DNA from: an uncultured Clostridia bacterium
Lineage (GTDB): Bacteria; Bacillota; Clostridia; TANB77; CAG-508
Reading direction: 5' to 3'
Assembly (NCBI GenBank): GCA_948891265.1
Contig: CAQUBD010000008.1
Location: 315-64,314 of the forward strand
DNA length: 64,000 nt
The notes beneath the pieces were generated by a model that saw only the letters and a list, made by a program, of their open reading frames with translations, was not told the DNA's origin and made no database searches. Positions 10,548-19,406 of the stretch are shown here, piece after piece (positions within the stretch are counted from its first letter, which is position 1; every line of letters starts with the position of its first letter). Position numbers and translations under genes: made by a program.

Positions 10548-10590
10548 AAAAACCATATTTGTAAATATATTATACAAATATGGTCTTTTA
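10548..10590 (+). terminator. intrinsic terminator after rusA
   Basis: accatatttgta / tacaaatatggt 12-bp stem followed by cTTTT. Confidence 0.7.
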
Positions 10591-10634
10591 ACATTTATGA
10601 AAATAGAAAATCAACAAAAGGAGAGAAAATATAT

Positions 10635-11129
10635 ATGAAGGAAATAGCTTATAATAGGCAAAAAGTAGTAGAATATGCACAAAAATGGGCATATGATAGA
10701 AATCCACAATATTATAACTTTGACAATGTTGGCGGAGATTGTACAAGTTTTGCATCACAATGTATATATGCAGGAGCAAATGTAATGAATTATTCAAAAC
10801 AAAAAGGATGGTATTATAAAAATGGAAATGATAAAGCCCCTGCATGGAGTGGAGTTGAATTTTTATATAACTTTCTAACCACAAATAAATTGGAAGGTCC
10901 ACATGGAAAAGAAGTAAAACAGAATGAAATAGAAATAGGAGATATTGCACAATTATCATTTGATGGGAGAAGTTTTGGCCACACTCTACTCATAACAAAA
11001 ATTGAAAATAAATTAGACTTAAATCAAATATTTATTAGTTCACATACATTTGATTCTTTTAATAAAAGGATTTCAGAATATAACTTTGAAAAAATAAGAT
11101 TTATTCATATAGAAAATGTAAGAAAATAA
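10635..11129 (+). CDS. putative amidase-domain protein (Amidase_6-like)
   Basis: YNRQKVVEYAQKWA...NPQYYNF...GGDCTSFASQCIYAG matches the pattern of the putative amidase domain family. Confidence 0.6.
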   Translation: MKEIAYNRQKVVEYAQKWAYDRNPQYYNFDNVGGDCTSFASQCIYAGANVMNYSKQKGWYYKNGNDKAPAWSGVEFLYNFLTTNKLEGPHGKEVKQNEIEIGDIAQLSFDGRSFGHTLLITKIENKLDLNQIFISSHTFDSFNKRISEYNFEKIRFIHIENVRK

Positions 11130-11220
11130 TATCAGTTTTCTACATAATCTCTTGTTAAGATATATTAAATGTGATAAAATTTAAACATAAAAAATATAGA
11201 AACATAGGAGAAAAACACAA

Positions 11221-12058
11221 ATGATAGGATTAATAATACTAGCAGCATTAATATCAACAATTGGAACATATATAGACAAACTATTAGTAAAAAAAGGAAT
11301 AACCAAAGGAGACTATTTTTACTATATGTGCCTAACAATGGTACCATTCTCAATAATAATGATTATAGTAGAAATAGCAACACGGAACATTCAAATTTGA
11401 ACTAAGCTGGATATCAATAATTTTATTAATAATAGCAATGTATATAAGATATAAAAGACAAAACTCGATAGTTGGATGCCTAACATATTTAAGTCCATAT
11501 GAACAATCAGCTTATCTATGCTTAGGAATAATTATATCATTCATAATTGATACAATTATAGGAGTAAAGCAATTCAACCTAAATGCAATAATCTCAATTA
11601 TACTAACATTATCAGGAGTTTTTATATTAGCTGATACAAAATTAAAAATAAAATCACTTCAAAAAGACTTAATGATAAGAATATTATTTACAGTTGCTAT
11701 GGGATATGTAACATACTACATATTAAATTATTGGTCAAACGCCATGTTCATATTCATTTTAAACTTATTACTAATAATAATTTTTGCAAAAAGATATACA
11801 ATAGAATATCATATCAAAAACAAAGAAATAATAAAATGGACATTTATACAACAGACTTTTGGATTTTCTTCAACATACATAGGCAATTATATATCATCAA
11901 TTTCAGTCATGATGAACTCATATATAAGACCAGTAGAAATTGTTATTTCAACAATAATAGCAATATTTATGAAAAGTTCGGAAAAGAAGCCTAAAGTAAT
12001 AGACTTATTTGCCATAATGTTAGTTGCAATAGGAGTATGGCTAATAGGAACAATATAA
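11221..12058 (+). pseudogene. multi-pass membrane protein (DMT/EamA-like) split by a +1 frame change at CGG_A (11383-11386)
   Basis: The ORF from 11221 ends 5 codons after ACA CGG. Reading GGA instead gives ...EIAT-GTFKFELSWISIILL..., continuous with ORF 11438..12058. Confidence 0.55.
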
Positions 12059-12158
12059 TTAAGATAGCTGTTCGAGCAAAGCGAGTTACAGATATCTTAT
12101 GCAGAATTTATGAAATAAATTCTGTAAACATTAGACAGGAAACGTCCCCAATGGGACA
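12059..12158 (+). repeat. long form of the composite structured repeat (lacks the left hairpin)
   Basis: ttaagatagctgttcgagcaaagcgagttacagatatcttatgcagaatttatgaaataaattctg...ggaaacgtccccaatgggacaaaa. Ends 16 nt before the ABC ATPase start. Confidence 0.8.
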
Positions 12159-12174
12159 AAAAGAGGAGAGTAAC

Positions 12175-13173
12175 ATGCCAATAATAGAAGTAAAAAATTT
12201 AATTAAAAAATATAAAACAATAGAAAAAGAAGCGGGAATGATAGGATACTTTAAAAACCTAATACACCCAAAATACAAAGAATACACAGCAGTAAAAGGA
12301 ATAAACATGCAAATAGAACAAGGAGAACTTGTAGGATACATAGGAGAAAATGGAGCAGGAAAATCAACAACAATAAAAATGTTAACAGGATTACTAACTC
12401 CAACATCTGGACAAGTTATAGTAGACGGACTTGTACCATATGAAAAAAGAATAGAAAACAACAAAAAAATAGGAGCTGTATTTGGACAAAAAACACAATT
12501 ATGGTGGGACTTACCTGTAATAGAATCATTTAGGCTAATAAAGAAAATGTATAAAATACCAGAAGGAGAATATAGAAAAAATCTAAAGAAATTCACACAA
12601 TTATTACAACTAGAAGACCTATTAGAAAAACAAGTAAAAAACTTAAGCTTAGGACAAAAAATGAGATGTGAAATTGCAGCAACATTCTTACATAATCCGA
12701 AAATAGTTTACCTAGACGAACCTACAATTGGACTGGATGTTTTGGTAAAAGACAATATAAGAAAATTTATAAAAGAAATAAACAAAGAAAAAAATACAAC
12801 AGTAATACTTACAACACATGACCTAAAAGACATAGAAGATGTATGTGATAGAATAATCTTACTAGATAAAGGTCAAATTATATATGATGGAGAAAAACAA
12901 AAATTTAAAGATACATTTGGAAATAGTGTGACAGCAGAGATTATATTAGAAAACAAGCAACCAAATATCACACAAAAATTATATGATGAAGATTTTGAAA
13001 TTATAGAAGAAAATGAAAATAATATAAAAATAAAATTTAGTCATGACAAAACTACAATAGTAAAAATTGTAGAAATATTATCAAAATATGGAAACATAGA
13101 AGATATACATATGAAAGAAGCAGAATTAGAAGATATATTAAAAGAAATATATAGGGGAGTAAAAATATGCTAA
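12175..13173 (+). CDS. ABC transporter ATP-binding protein
   Basis: Walker A GENGAGKST, signature LSLGQKMR, Walker B IVYLDEPT. ATG at 12175 follows a GAGGAGAG RBS. The upstream part of the track ORF is repeat-derived. Confidence 0.85.
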   Translation: MPIIEVKNLIKKYKTIEKEAGMIGYFKNLIHPKYKEYTAVKGINMQIEQGELVGYIGENGAGKSTTIKMLTGLLTPTSGQVIVDGLVPYEKRIENNKKIGAVFGQKTQLWWDLPVIESFRLIKKMYKIPEGEYRKNLKKFTQLLQLEDLLEKQVKNLSLGQKMRCEIAATFLHNPKIVYLDEPTIGLDVLVKDNIRKFIKEINKEKNTTVILTTHDLKDIEDVCDRIILLDKGQIIYDGEKQKFKDTFGNSVTAEIILENKQPNITQKLYDEDFEIIEENENNIKIKFSHDKTTIVKIVEILSKYGNIEDIHMKEAELEDILKEIYRGVKIC

Positions 13174-13958
13174 AGACAATGTTAGAGCTAGGAAAAATAC
13201 ATTTTAAAGAATACACTACATACAAATCAAATTTTTATTTATTTACGCTAAATAGAATAGTAGAAGTTATTGTATATATATTTGTATGGCAAGCAATATA
13301 CAATCAAACAGGAAATGCAGGTGGATTTACAATAGAGCAAATGGTAACTTACTATATATTAGTAATATCATTAGCATCAATTGCAACTTGGGGAGTTAAT
13401 GAAGATATGGCACATTCAATAAGAAATGGAAAAATAAATAAAGAACTATTAAGCCCAATTTCATATTTTAAATATTATTTTGGAATTTATTTAGGAGAAA
13501 TAGCATTTGCAATACCAGTATCATTAGCAACATTTATAATATGTGCAATATTTTGGAATGTGGCAATGCCAGTTAGTATAGTCAACTTTATACTATTTTT
13601 ACTAGTAATAATATTAATACTACCAATATCATTTTTTATTCAAATGATAATTGGAACAGTTGGATTTTATACAAATTCAATATGGGGAATGCAAATACTT
13701 AGAAAATCAGTAGTATCAATATTTTCTGGATTAATAGCACCATTAACACTATTTCCGCAATGGTTTCAAACAATAGCCAATATATTACCATTTAAAGAAT
13801 TTATATATACTCCAATAAATATTTATCTAGGAACAATTCAAACAAACGAAATAGGATTTATATTAGCTAAGCTAATAGTATGGATAATAATATTATATTT
13901 AATATCAAAAACATTTTTTAATCATGCAGTAAAGAAAATAACAATAAATGGAGGATAG
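13167..13958 (+). CDS. ABC-2 type transporter permease
   Basis: Six-TM protein translationally coupled to the ATPase gene. Confidence 0.7.
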   Translation: MLKTMLELGKIHFKEYTTYKSNFYLFTLNRIVEVIVYIFVWQAIYNQTGNAGGFTIEQMVTYYILVISLASIATWGVNEDMAHSIRNGKINKELLSPISYFKYYFGIYLGEIAFAIPVSLATFIICAIFWNVAMPVSIVNFILFLLVIILILPISFFIQMIIGTVGFYTNSIWGMQILRKSVVSIFSGLIAPLTLFPQWFQTIANILPFKEFIYTPINIYLGTIQTNEIGFILAKLIVWIIILYLISKTFFNHAVKKITINGG

Positions 13959-13959
13959 A

Positions 13960-14754
13960 ATGAAAAACATAATACATAACATGCAGTTATATTTTTCTTT
14001 TTTTGAAGCATCATTGAAAGAAGTACTTATATATAGATTAGATTGTATAGCAGGAATGATATCTCAAATAGTTACACAGCTAGTATCAATAATATTTGTA
14101 TGGATAACATATCAAAATACAGATAATCTTGCAGGATGGACATTTAAGCAGAGTCTTTTATTATACGGAATAATGTTAACATCAATAGGACTAGTAGATT
14201 TATGTTTTGACTCACTATATGACATAGGGCCAAAGTATATAAGAGAAGGAACTTTTGATAAAATATTATTAAGACCAGTACATCCACTAATTTCTATAAT
14301 TGGAGAATCAAAAGCATTTACAGCATTTGGATATTTAGGATTAGGACTATTTATAACAATATCAATGTTAGCAAAATTAGCAATACCAATAACTTTTGTT
14401 TTAATATTAAAAATAATATTTTTTAGTATCATTGGTGCAGCCATAATAGGAGCAATAATCACAATATTTAGTATATCATCATTTTGGACATATAAGTCTA
14501 ATGAAATAATATGGACATTTTTTAGAATGTACACTTTTACACAATATCCAATTGAAATATATAATGGATTTATAAAATTTTTAATAACTTGTATTTTACC
14601 ATTTGCATTTGTAGCATATTACCCAACAATGAATTATTTAGGAATAGATAAATATATGACTTGGCTATCTCCAATAATTGCAATAATATTATGGATAATT
14701 GCAGTTAATGTATGGAATTGGGCATTAAAGAAATACAGAAGCACAGGAAACTAA
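13960..14754 (+). CDS. ABC-2 type transporter permease (second subunit)
   Basis: Multi-TM protein. ATG at 13960 follows an AATGGAGGA RBS that overlaps the stop of the previous gene. Confidence 0.7.
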   Translation: MKNIIHNMQLYFSFFEASLKEVLIYRLDCIAGMISQIVTQLVSIIFVWITYQNTDNLAGWTFKQSLLLYGIMLTSIGLVDLCFDSLYDIGPKYIREGTFDKILLRPVHPLISIIGESKAFTAFGYLGLGLFITISMLAKLAIPITFVLILKIIFFSIIGAAIIGAIITIFSISSFWTYKSNEIIWTFFRMYTFTQYPIEIYNGFIKFLITCILPFAFVAYYPTMNYLGIDKYMTWLSPIIAIILWIIAVNVWNWALKKYRSTGN

Positions 14755-14946
14755 TGTATAAATTTGTGCAATTTATGCAGATTGTAAATAAAAGTATACA
14801 TCAGAAGATGACATAGATATAAAAAACGTAGAATTTAGAAGAAATCTTGAAAGATATATTTCAGAACCTGCAAAATTTTATTATAATTAGCCAAAAGGTA
14901 AAAAGTTTATACAAAATATAAATAAAGTGGAGAAGGAGATCAAAAA

Positions 14947-15432
14947 ATGGAAAATAATGATATAAAGATAGATAATATTACAGAAAATTTTAAATTTAGA
15001 GTAAATGGAGTTCTAGTTCATGATAATGAAGTTTTAGTTGTAAAAATACAAAAAAATCCTTTCTATTGTTTGCCAGGGGGTCATGTAAAACTTGGAGAAG
15101 ATACACAAAATGCTGTTATAAGAGAAATTAAGGAAGAAACAGGATATAATTCACATATAAATAAATTAATAACTATAACAGAAAACTTTTTTGAAAGAAA
15201 AAATGGAAAGAAAGTGCACGAACTTGGATTTTATTATTTATTAAATCTAGATGAAAAAGAAACTGTAAATGTTAAAGAATATGAAACTGTTGAAGAAAAT
15301 GAAGAAAAAGTAAGCTTGCATTTTAAATGGATACCGATTAATGAATTGAAAAATGTGGACTTTAGACCACAAGAATTGAAAGAAAAGTTAGAAAAAAACA
15401 ATGTAGATTTTCAACATCTAATAATTAAATAG
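14947..15432 (+). CDS. NUDIX hydrolase
   Basis: Nudix box GGHVKLGEDTQNAVIREIKEETGY. Confidence 0.8.
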   Translation: MENNDIKIDNITENFKFRVNGVLVHDNEVLVVKIQKNPFYCLPGGHVKLGEDTQNAVIREIKEETGYNSHINKLITITENFFERKNGKKVHELGFYYLLNLDEKETVNVKEYETVEENEEKVSLHFKWIPINELKNVDFRPQELKEKLEKNNVDFQHLIIK

Positions 15433-15526
15433 GTTTTTAATTTTAATGCAAGAGCATTAAGTACAAATATCAATCCTGAAATAACAAATATGTCATAAAT
15501 ACATATAATATCATAAAGGTGATGTT

Positions 15527-16045
15527 ATGTTAAAATGTTTAAAAGAATTATATATAGATGCAAAAAACATAGTAAAGAAAGACCCTGCATGTAGAAATGT
15601 ATTTGAAGCAATAATTCTATATCCAGGATTTCATGCTATATTCTTTCATAGAATAGCACATTTTTTATATAGTAAAAAATTATTTTTTTTAGCAAGATTA
15701 ATATCTCAAATAGCAAGGCATTTAACAGGAATAGAGATACACCCAGGAGCAAAAATAGGAAGAAAATTATTTATGGACCATGGTATGGGAATAGTAATAG
15801 GAGAGACTGCCACAATAGGAGATAATTGTACAATATATCATAATAGTACTTTAGGTGGAACTGGAAAAGATAAATACAAAAGACATCCAGATTTAGGTAA
15901 TAATGTAATGGTTGGATCTGGGGCTAAAGTATTAGGCCCAATAAAAATAGGCAATAATGTAAAAGTAGGGGCTAATAGTGTAGTCCTAAAAAATATACCA
16001 GATAATGTAACTGTAGTTGGAATACCCCGGAAAAATTATTTTTAA
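15527..16045 (+). CDS. cysE: serine O-acetyltransferase; the conserved C-terminus needs a +1 shift at CGG_A (16028), giving an end at 16052
   Basis: Hexapeptide repeats ([24 protein letters not shown]...). The zero frame ends GIPRKNYF*. The +1 frame reads [10 protein letters not shown], which matches the conserved VVGxPGR/K(I/V) tail. Confidence 0.85.
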   Translation: MLKCLKELYIDAKNIVKKDPACRNVFEAIILYPGFHAIFFHRIAHFLYSKKLFFLARLISQIARHLTGIEIHPGAKIGRKLFMDHGMGIVIGETATIGDNCTIYHNSTLGGTGKDKYKRHPDLGNNVMVGSGAKVLGPIKIGNNVKVGANSVVLKNIPDNVTVVGIPRKNYF

Positions 16046-16136
16046 AGGTTAAATTGTAAAAAGCTTGTCATTTCTTGACAAAGATGATAGAATGTAGAAA
16101 ATAAATGAGATATTGAAAAAATAGGGGGATTCTAAT

Positions 16137-17780
16137 ATGTATGAAAGAAGTGCTATTGTATTAGAAAAATATTATAATGATATACTTGGATTTAACAAAA
16201 AAGATAATTTAAAAGTAGTTTATAAAGACTACAGAGAATTAATAGAAGAATTAAAGGAATATCAAAAAATTCTTGAAAAAGAAGACAAAGCTATTAACGA
16301 ATTTGACAATTTAGCAAATAATATAAGAAAAATTCAACAAGAACAACAAAAAATTTGTAAATCAAATATTAAACTAGAAGAAAATAGAGGACAATTATTT
16401 AATAGTCTTGATGAAGAACCAAGTGTAATTGAAAAAAAGATAAAAAGAATAGAAGACAGTGTTAATGAAAATAATAAAAGGATAGAAGAATTAAGAGAGG
16501 AATTTGTAAAGACATTAACAGAATTTAGCCAAAAACAAAAAGAAAGAAATGAATATTCAAGAGATAGAAGGGAAGAAGAGAAAAATCACCTTCAAATTAT
16601 TGAGAAAACAGATAAAAATATAAAGCAAATAGATATAAATGCAATAAAATTTATAAAAGATTTTATAAATTCTTCAGATGCAGAAAAAGAAGAAATTTTA
16701 GAATTGATGATTAATAATGGTAAAGATGAGAGGGTACCATTCAATAGGGATGTTATAAAAAAAGCAATAGAAGTAAGAAATCAAATAGCAATAAAAGAAG
16801 CAGAATGCTATATCGTTATTTATGATAGAATAAGGAAACTATTATTAGAAATTAGTAATGATGAATTAAAGATAGATAAATACAATAAAGTATTACGAGA
16901 TGTAAGTATTAAATTGGCATTTTTAAAGGCACAAAAGATGTATATAGTGAGTTTTTTAGATAATGAAAGAATGACATCTATAAATGGATTAAAAGCTCAT
17001 AAACAGTTAATGTTAGATGCGTGTGAAAATTTTGAATTAGATATGACTCAATTTAATAATTTGTATGAGTTAATATTAAAAGAAATATCAGCAAAGTCAA
17101 CAAAAAAAGCATATAAAGAATTATATAATAAAGAATATTTAAAAAATATAGAAGAAAAAGAGAAAAGCTTTGAAAAAGAAATAAATAATATAAAAATAAA
17201 AGCAGGAACAATTATAAATTCTAATTACTGGAGAATTGAGGAAATTAAAAATATATATGAAGTATTCCAAAAGGAAATAAGCGAAAAATTTGAAAAGGAT
17301 TTATCAGAATTTAAATTAGAAGAGTCTGAAGAAATAGAAGAAGATTTTGAAGAGATTGAAAATGATATGAAAATGCAAAAAGATGAAATATTTAAAAAAG
17401 AGATATCTAATGAGATTATAGAATATATAGAAGATGACGAATATGATGAAGAGGAATATGTAGAAGATGATGATGAAGAAGAGTATGAAGACGATGATGA
17501 TGAATATGATGAAGAAGAGTATGAAGAAGATGATGACGAATATGATGAAGAAGAATATGTAGAAGATGATGAAGAGTATGATGAAGAAGAGTATGAAGAC
17601 GATGACGATGAATATGATGATGAAGAGTATGAAGACGATGACGATGAATATGATGATGATGAATATGTAAAAGATGATAACAAGCATAATAGAGAAGATG
17701 ATGAAGAAGACGAGGAAAATTTTGAAAGCAAAAATAATAAGAGAGGAAAAGGGTTATTTAATAAATTTTTTAAAGACTAG
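16137..17780 (+). CDS. coiled-coil protein with an extremely acidic D/E/Y repeat tail
   Basis: 547-aa ORF with a GGGGGA RBS. The C-terminal ~110 aa are (D/E)n-EY-(D/E)n repeats. Confidence 0.6.
   Translation: MYERSAIVLEKYYNDILGFNKKDNLKVVYKDYRELIEELKEYQKILEKEDKAINEFDNLANNIRKIQQEQQKICKSNIKLEENRGQLFNSLDEEPSVIEKKIKRIEDSVNENNKRIEELREEFVKTLTEFSQKQKERNEYSRDRREEEKNHLQIIEKTDKNIKQIDINAIKFIKDFINSSDAEKEEILELMINNGKDERVPFNRDVIKKAIEVRNQIAIKEAECYIVIYDRIRKLLLEISNDELKIDKYNKVLRDVSIKLAFLKAQKMYIVSFLDNERMTSINGLKAHKQLMLDACENFELDMTQFNNLYELILKEISAKSTKKAYKELYNKEYLKNIEEKEKSFEKEINNIKIKAGTIINSNYWRIEEIKNIYEVFQKEISEKFEKDLSEFKLEESEEIEEDFEEIENDMKMQKDEIFKKEISNEIIEYIEDDEYDEEEYVEDDDEEEYEDDDDEYDEEEYEEDDDEYDEEEYVEDDEEYDEEEYEDDDDEYDDEEYEDDDDEYDDDEYVKDDNKHNREDDEEDEENFESKNNKRGKGLFNKFFKD
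17440..17680 (+). repeat. in-frame tandem repeats encoding EEYEDDDDEYDE units
   Basis: Reiterated gaagaagagtatgaagacgatgatgatgaatatgat-like units. Confidence 0.7.
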
Positions 17781-17820
17781 GAAATGTTGTAAAAGCTAAT
17801 AATATAATATTAGTTAAAGG

Positions 17821-17855
17821 AAAAAGTCCAGTTATTACAAAACTGGATTTTTTTT
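17821..17855 (+). terminator. intrinsic terminator
   Basis: agtccagtt...aactggat stem followed by T8. Confidence 0.75.
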
Positions 17856-18044
17856 ATATTATAGAAAAGTTCTCCGAACTTCCTATAATATAAATATTTT
17901 GCACACAAATTTGCCAAAGCAAATTTGGCACACGAACAAAGATGCGGACTTTAAAATATTTAGAACAGAATCTAATATGGAAGAAACATACATTGAAAAT
18001 TGATTAATCTTATGTTAACATAAAATCAAAGGTGGGATATAAAT

Positions 18045-19298
18045 ATGCGAATATTTAAAAAATATGGCGATAAATTATTGCTAAAAGAATTAAAAGCAAG
18101 TTATAACTTCTTTATAAAAGAAGCAAATTTAGATAAAAATAGCAAAGGATATGGATTAATAAGAGACAAAAATATGTATGCAGATGACATAGCAAGTATT
18201 GCATCAGTAGGATATGGGCTAGCAGCACTTGTAATAGGAGCAAAAAGAAATTGGATTAAATATTCAAAAGCGTATGATAGAGCAAAAAGAACTTTAGATA
18301 CTTTTTTAAATAATGTAGAAGGAGAGAATGGATTTTATTATCATTTTGTAAATATGAATACTGCTAGAAGAGAATGGAACTGTGAAATTTCAATAATTGA
18401 TACAGCAATTTTTATATGTGGAGCAATATGTGCTGGAGAATTTTTTGAAGGAGAAGTAAAACAAAAATCAGACGAATTATATAAACGAATTAATTGGGAG
18501 TGGTATAGAAACAAAGAAAATAATTTATTCTACATGGGGTATAAACCAGAAAAAGGATTTTGGGGACAATGGGATATGTATGCAGAACAACTAATGTTAT
18601 ATGTATTAGGAACGGCATCTCCAACTTTTCCAATAGATAAAAAAATGTATGATGATATAAAAAAGCAAAAGGCAAATTATAAGGATATAAAAGATATAAT
18701 TTATACATATTGTGGAACATTATTTACATATCAATTTTCGCATGCATGGATAGACTTTAGAAATAAAAAAGATGAACAAGAGATAGACTGGTTTGAAAAT
18801 TCCATAAAAGCAACTATTGCTAATAGAGAATATTGTATAGAAAATAGCAAAAAATTTAAAACATTTGGAAAAAATTCATGGGGACTAACAGCGTGTGTTG
18901 GACCAAATGGTTATTCTGGTGGATATGGAGCTAAACCATGTTTAGCAGATATAGAAAAAGAAAATGATGGAACAATAACACCATGTGGACCAGCAGGTTC
19001 TATAGTATTTACACCAGAATTAAGTATAAAAGCATTAGAGAACTTTTACAATAATTTTCCAAAGTTATGGGGAAAATATGGCTTTATAGATGCTTATAAT
19101 TTAGAAAAGGGAGAGTGGTATTCTAAAGAAGTTATTGGAATTGATAAAGGAATATCTATGATAATGATTGAGAATTATTTGTCTCAACTTATATGGAAGT
19201 ATTTTATGAAAAATGAATATATAAAAAATGGAATGGAAATTTTGGGAATAAAATCAACTTCAAATACAAAAAACAATAAATTAGAAATTGGAACTTAA
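18045..19298 (+). CDS. glucoamylase-like / GH144-type (beta-1,2-glucanase family) protein
   Basis: YGLIRDK...ASIASVGYGLAAL...GFYYHFVNMNT...EISIIDTAIFICGA matches the putative glucoamylase (DUF3131-like) pattern. Confidence 0.6.
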   Translation: MRIFKKYGDKLLLKELKASYNFFIKEANLDKNSKGYGLIRDKNMYADDIASIASVGYGLAALVIGAKRNWIKYSKAYDRAKRTLDTFLNNVEGENGFYYHFVNMNTARREWNCEISIIDTAIFICGAICAGEFFEGEVKQKSDELYKRINWEWYRNKENNLFYMGYKPEKGFWGQWDMYAEQLMLYVLGTASPTFPIDKKMYDDIKKQKANYKDIKDIIYTYCGTLFTYQFSHAWIDFRNKKDEQEIDWFENSIKATIANREYCIENSKKFKTFGKNSWGLTACVGPNGYSGGYGAKPCLADIEKENDGTITPCGPAGSIVFTPELSIKALENFYNNFPKLWGKYGFIDAYNLEKGEWYSKEVIGIDKGISMIMIENYLSQLIWKYFMKNEYIKNGMEILGIKSTSNTKNNKLEIGT

Positions 19299-19406
19299 AC
19301 TAGCTTATATGTATAAATATGAGTTCTCCCAAATGTGCATTACTGCATTTTATGGGATATTATAACTTTTAAGTTTGAATATGAATAAAAAACAGAAACT
19401 TAAAAA

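Noticed and set aside
11731-11994. Alternative-frame ORFs inside real genes (11731..11994, 34092..34277, 2097..2399, 56505..56687).
   Set aside because: They are fully nested in better-supported ORFs. They have no RBS and no recognisable motifs.
17225-17731. 168-aa poly-serine ORF and 123-aa I/F-rich ORF antisense to the acidic repeat region.
   Set aside because: They mirror the GAA/GAT repeat tract of the sense gene. There are no start signals.
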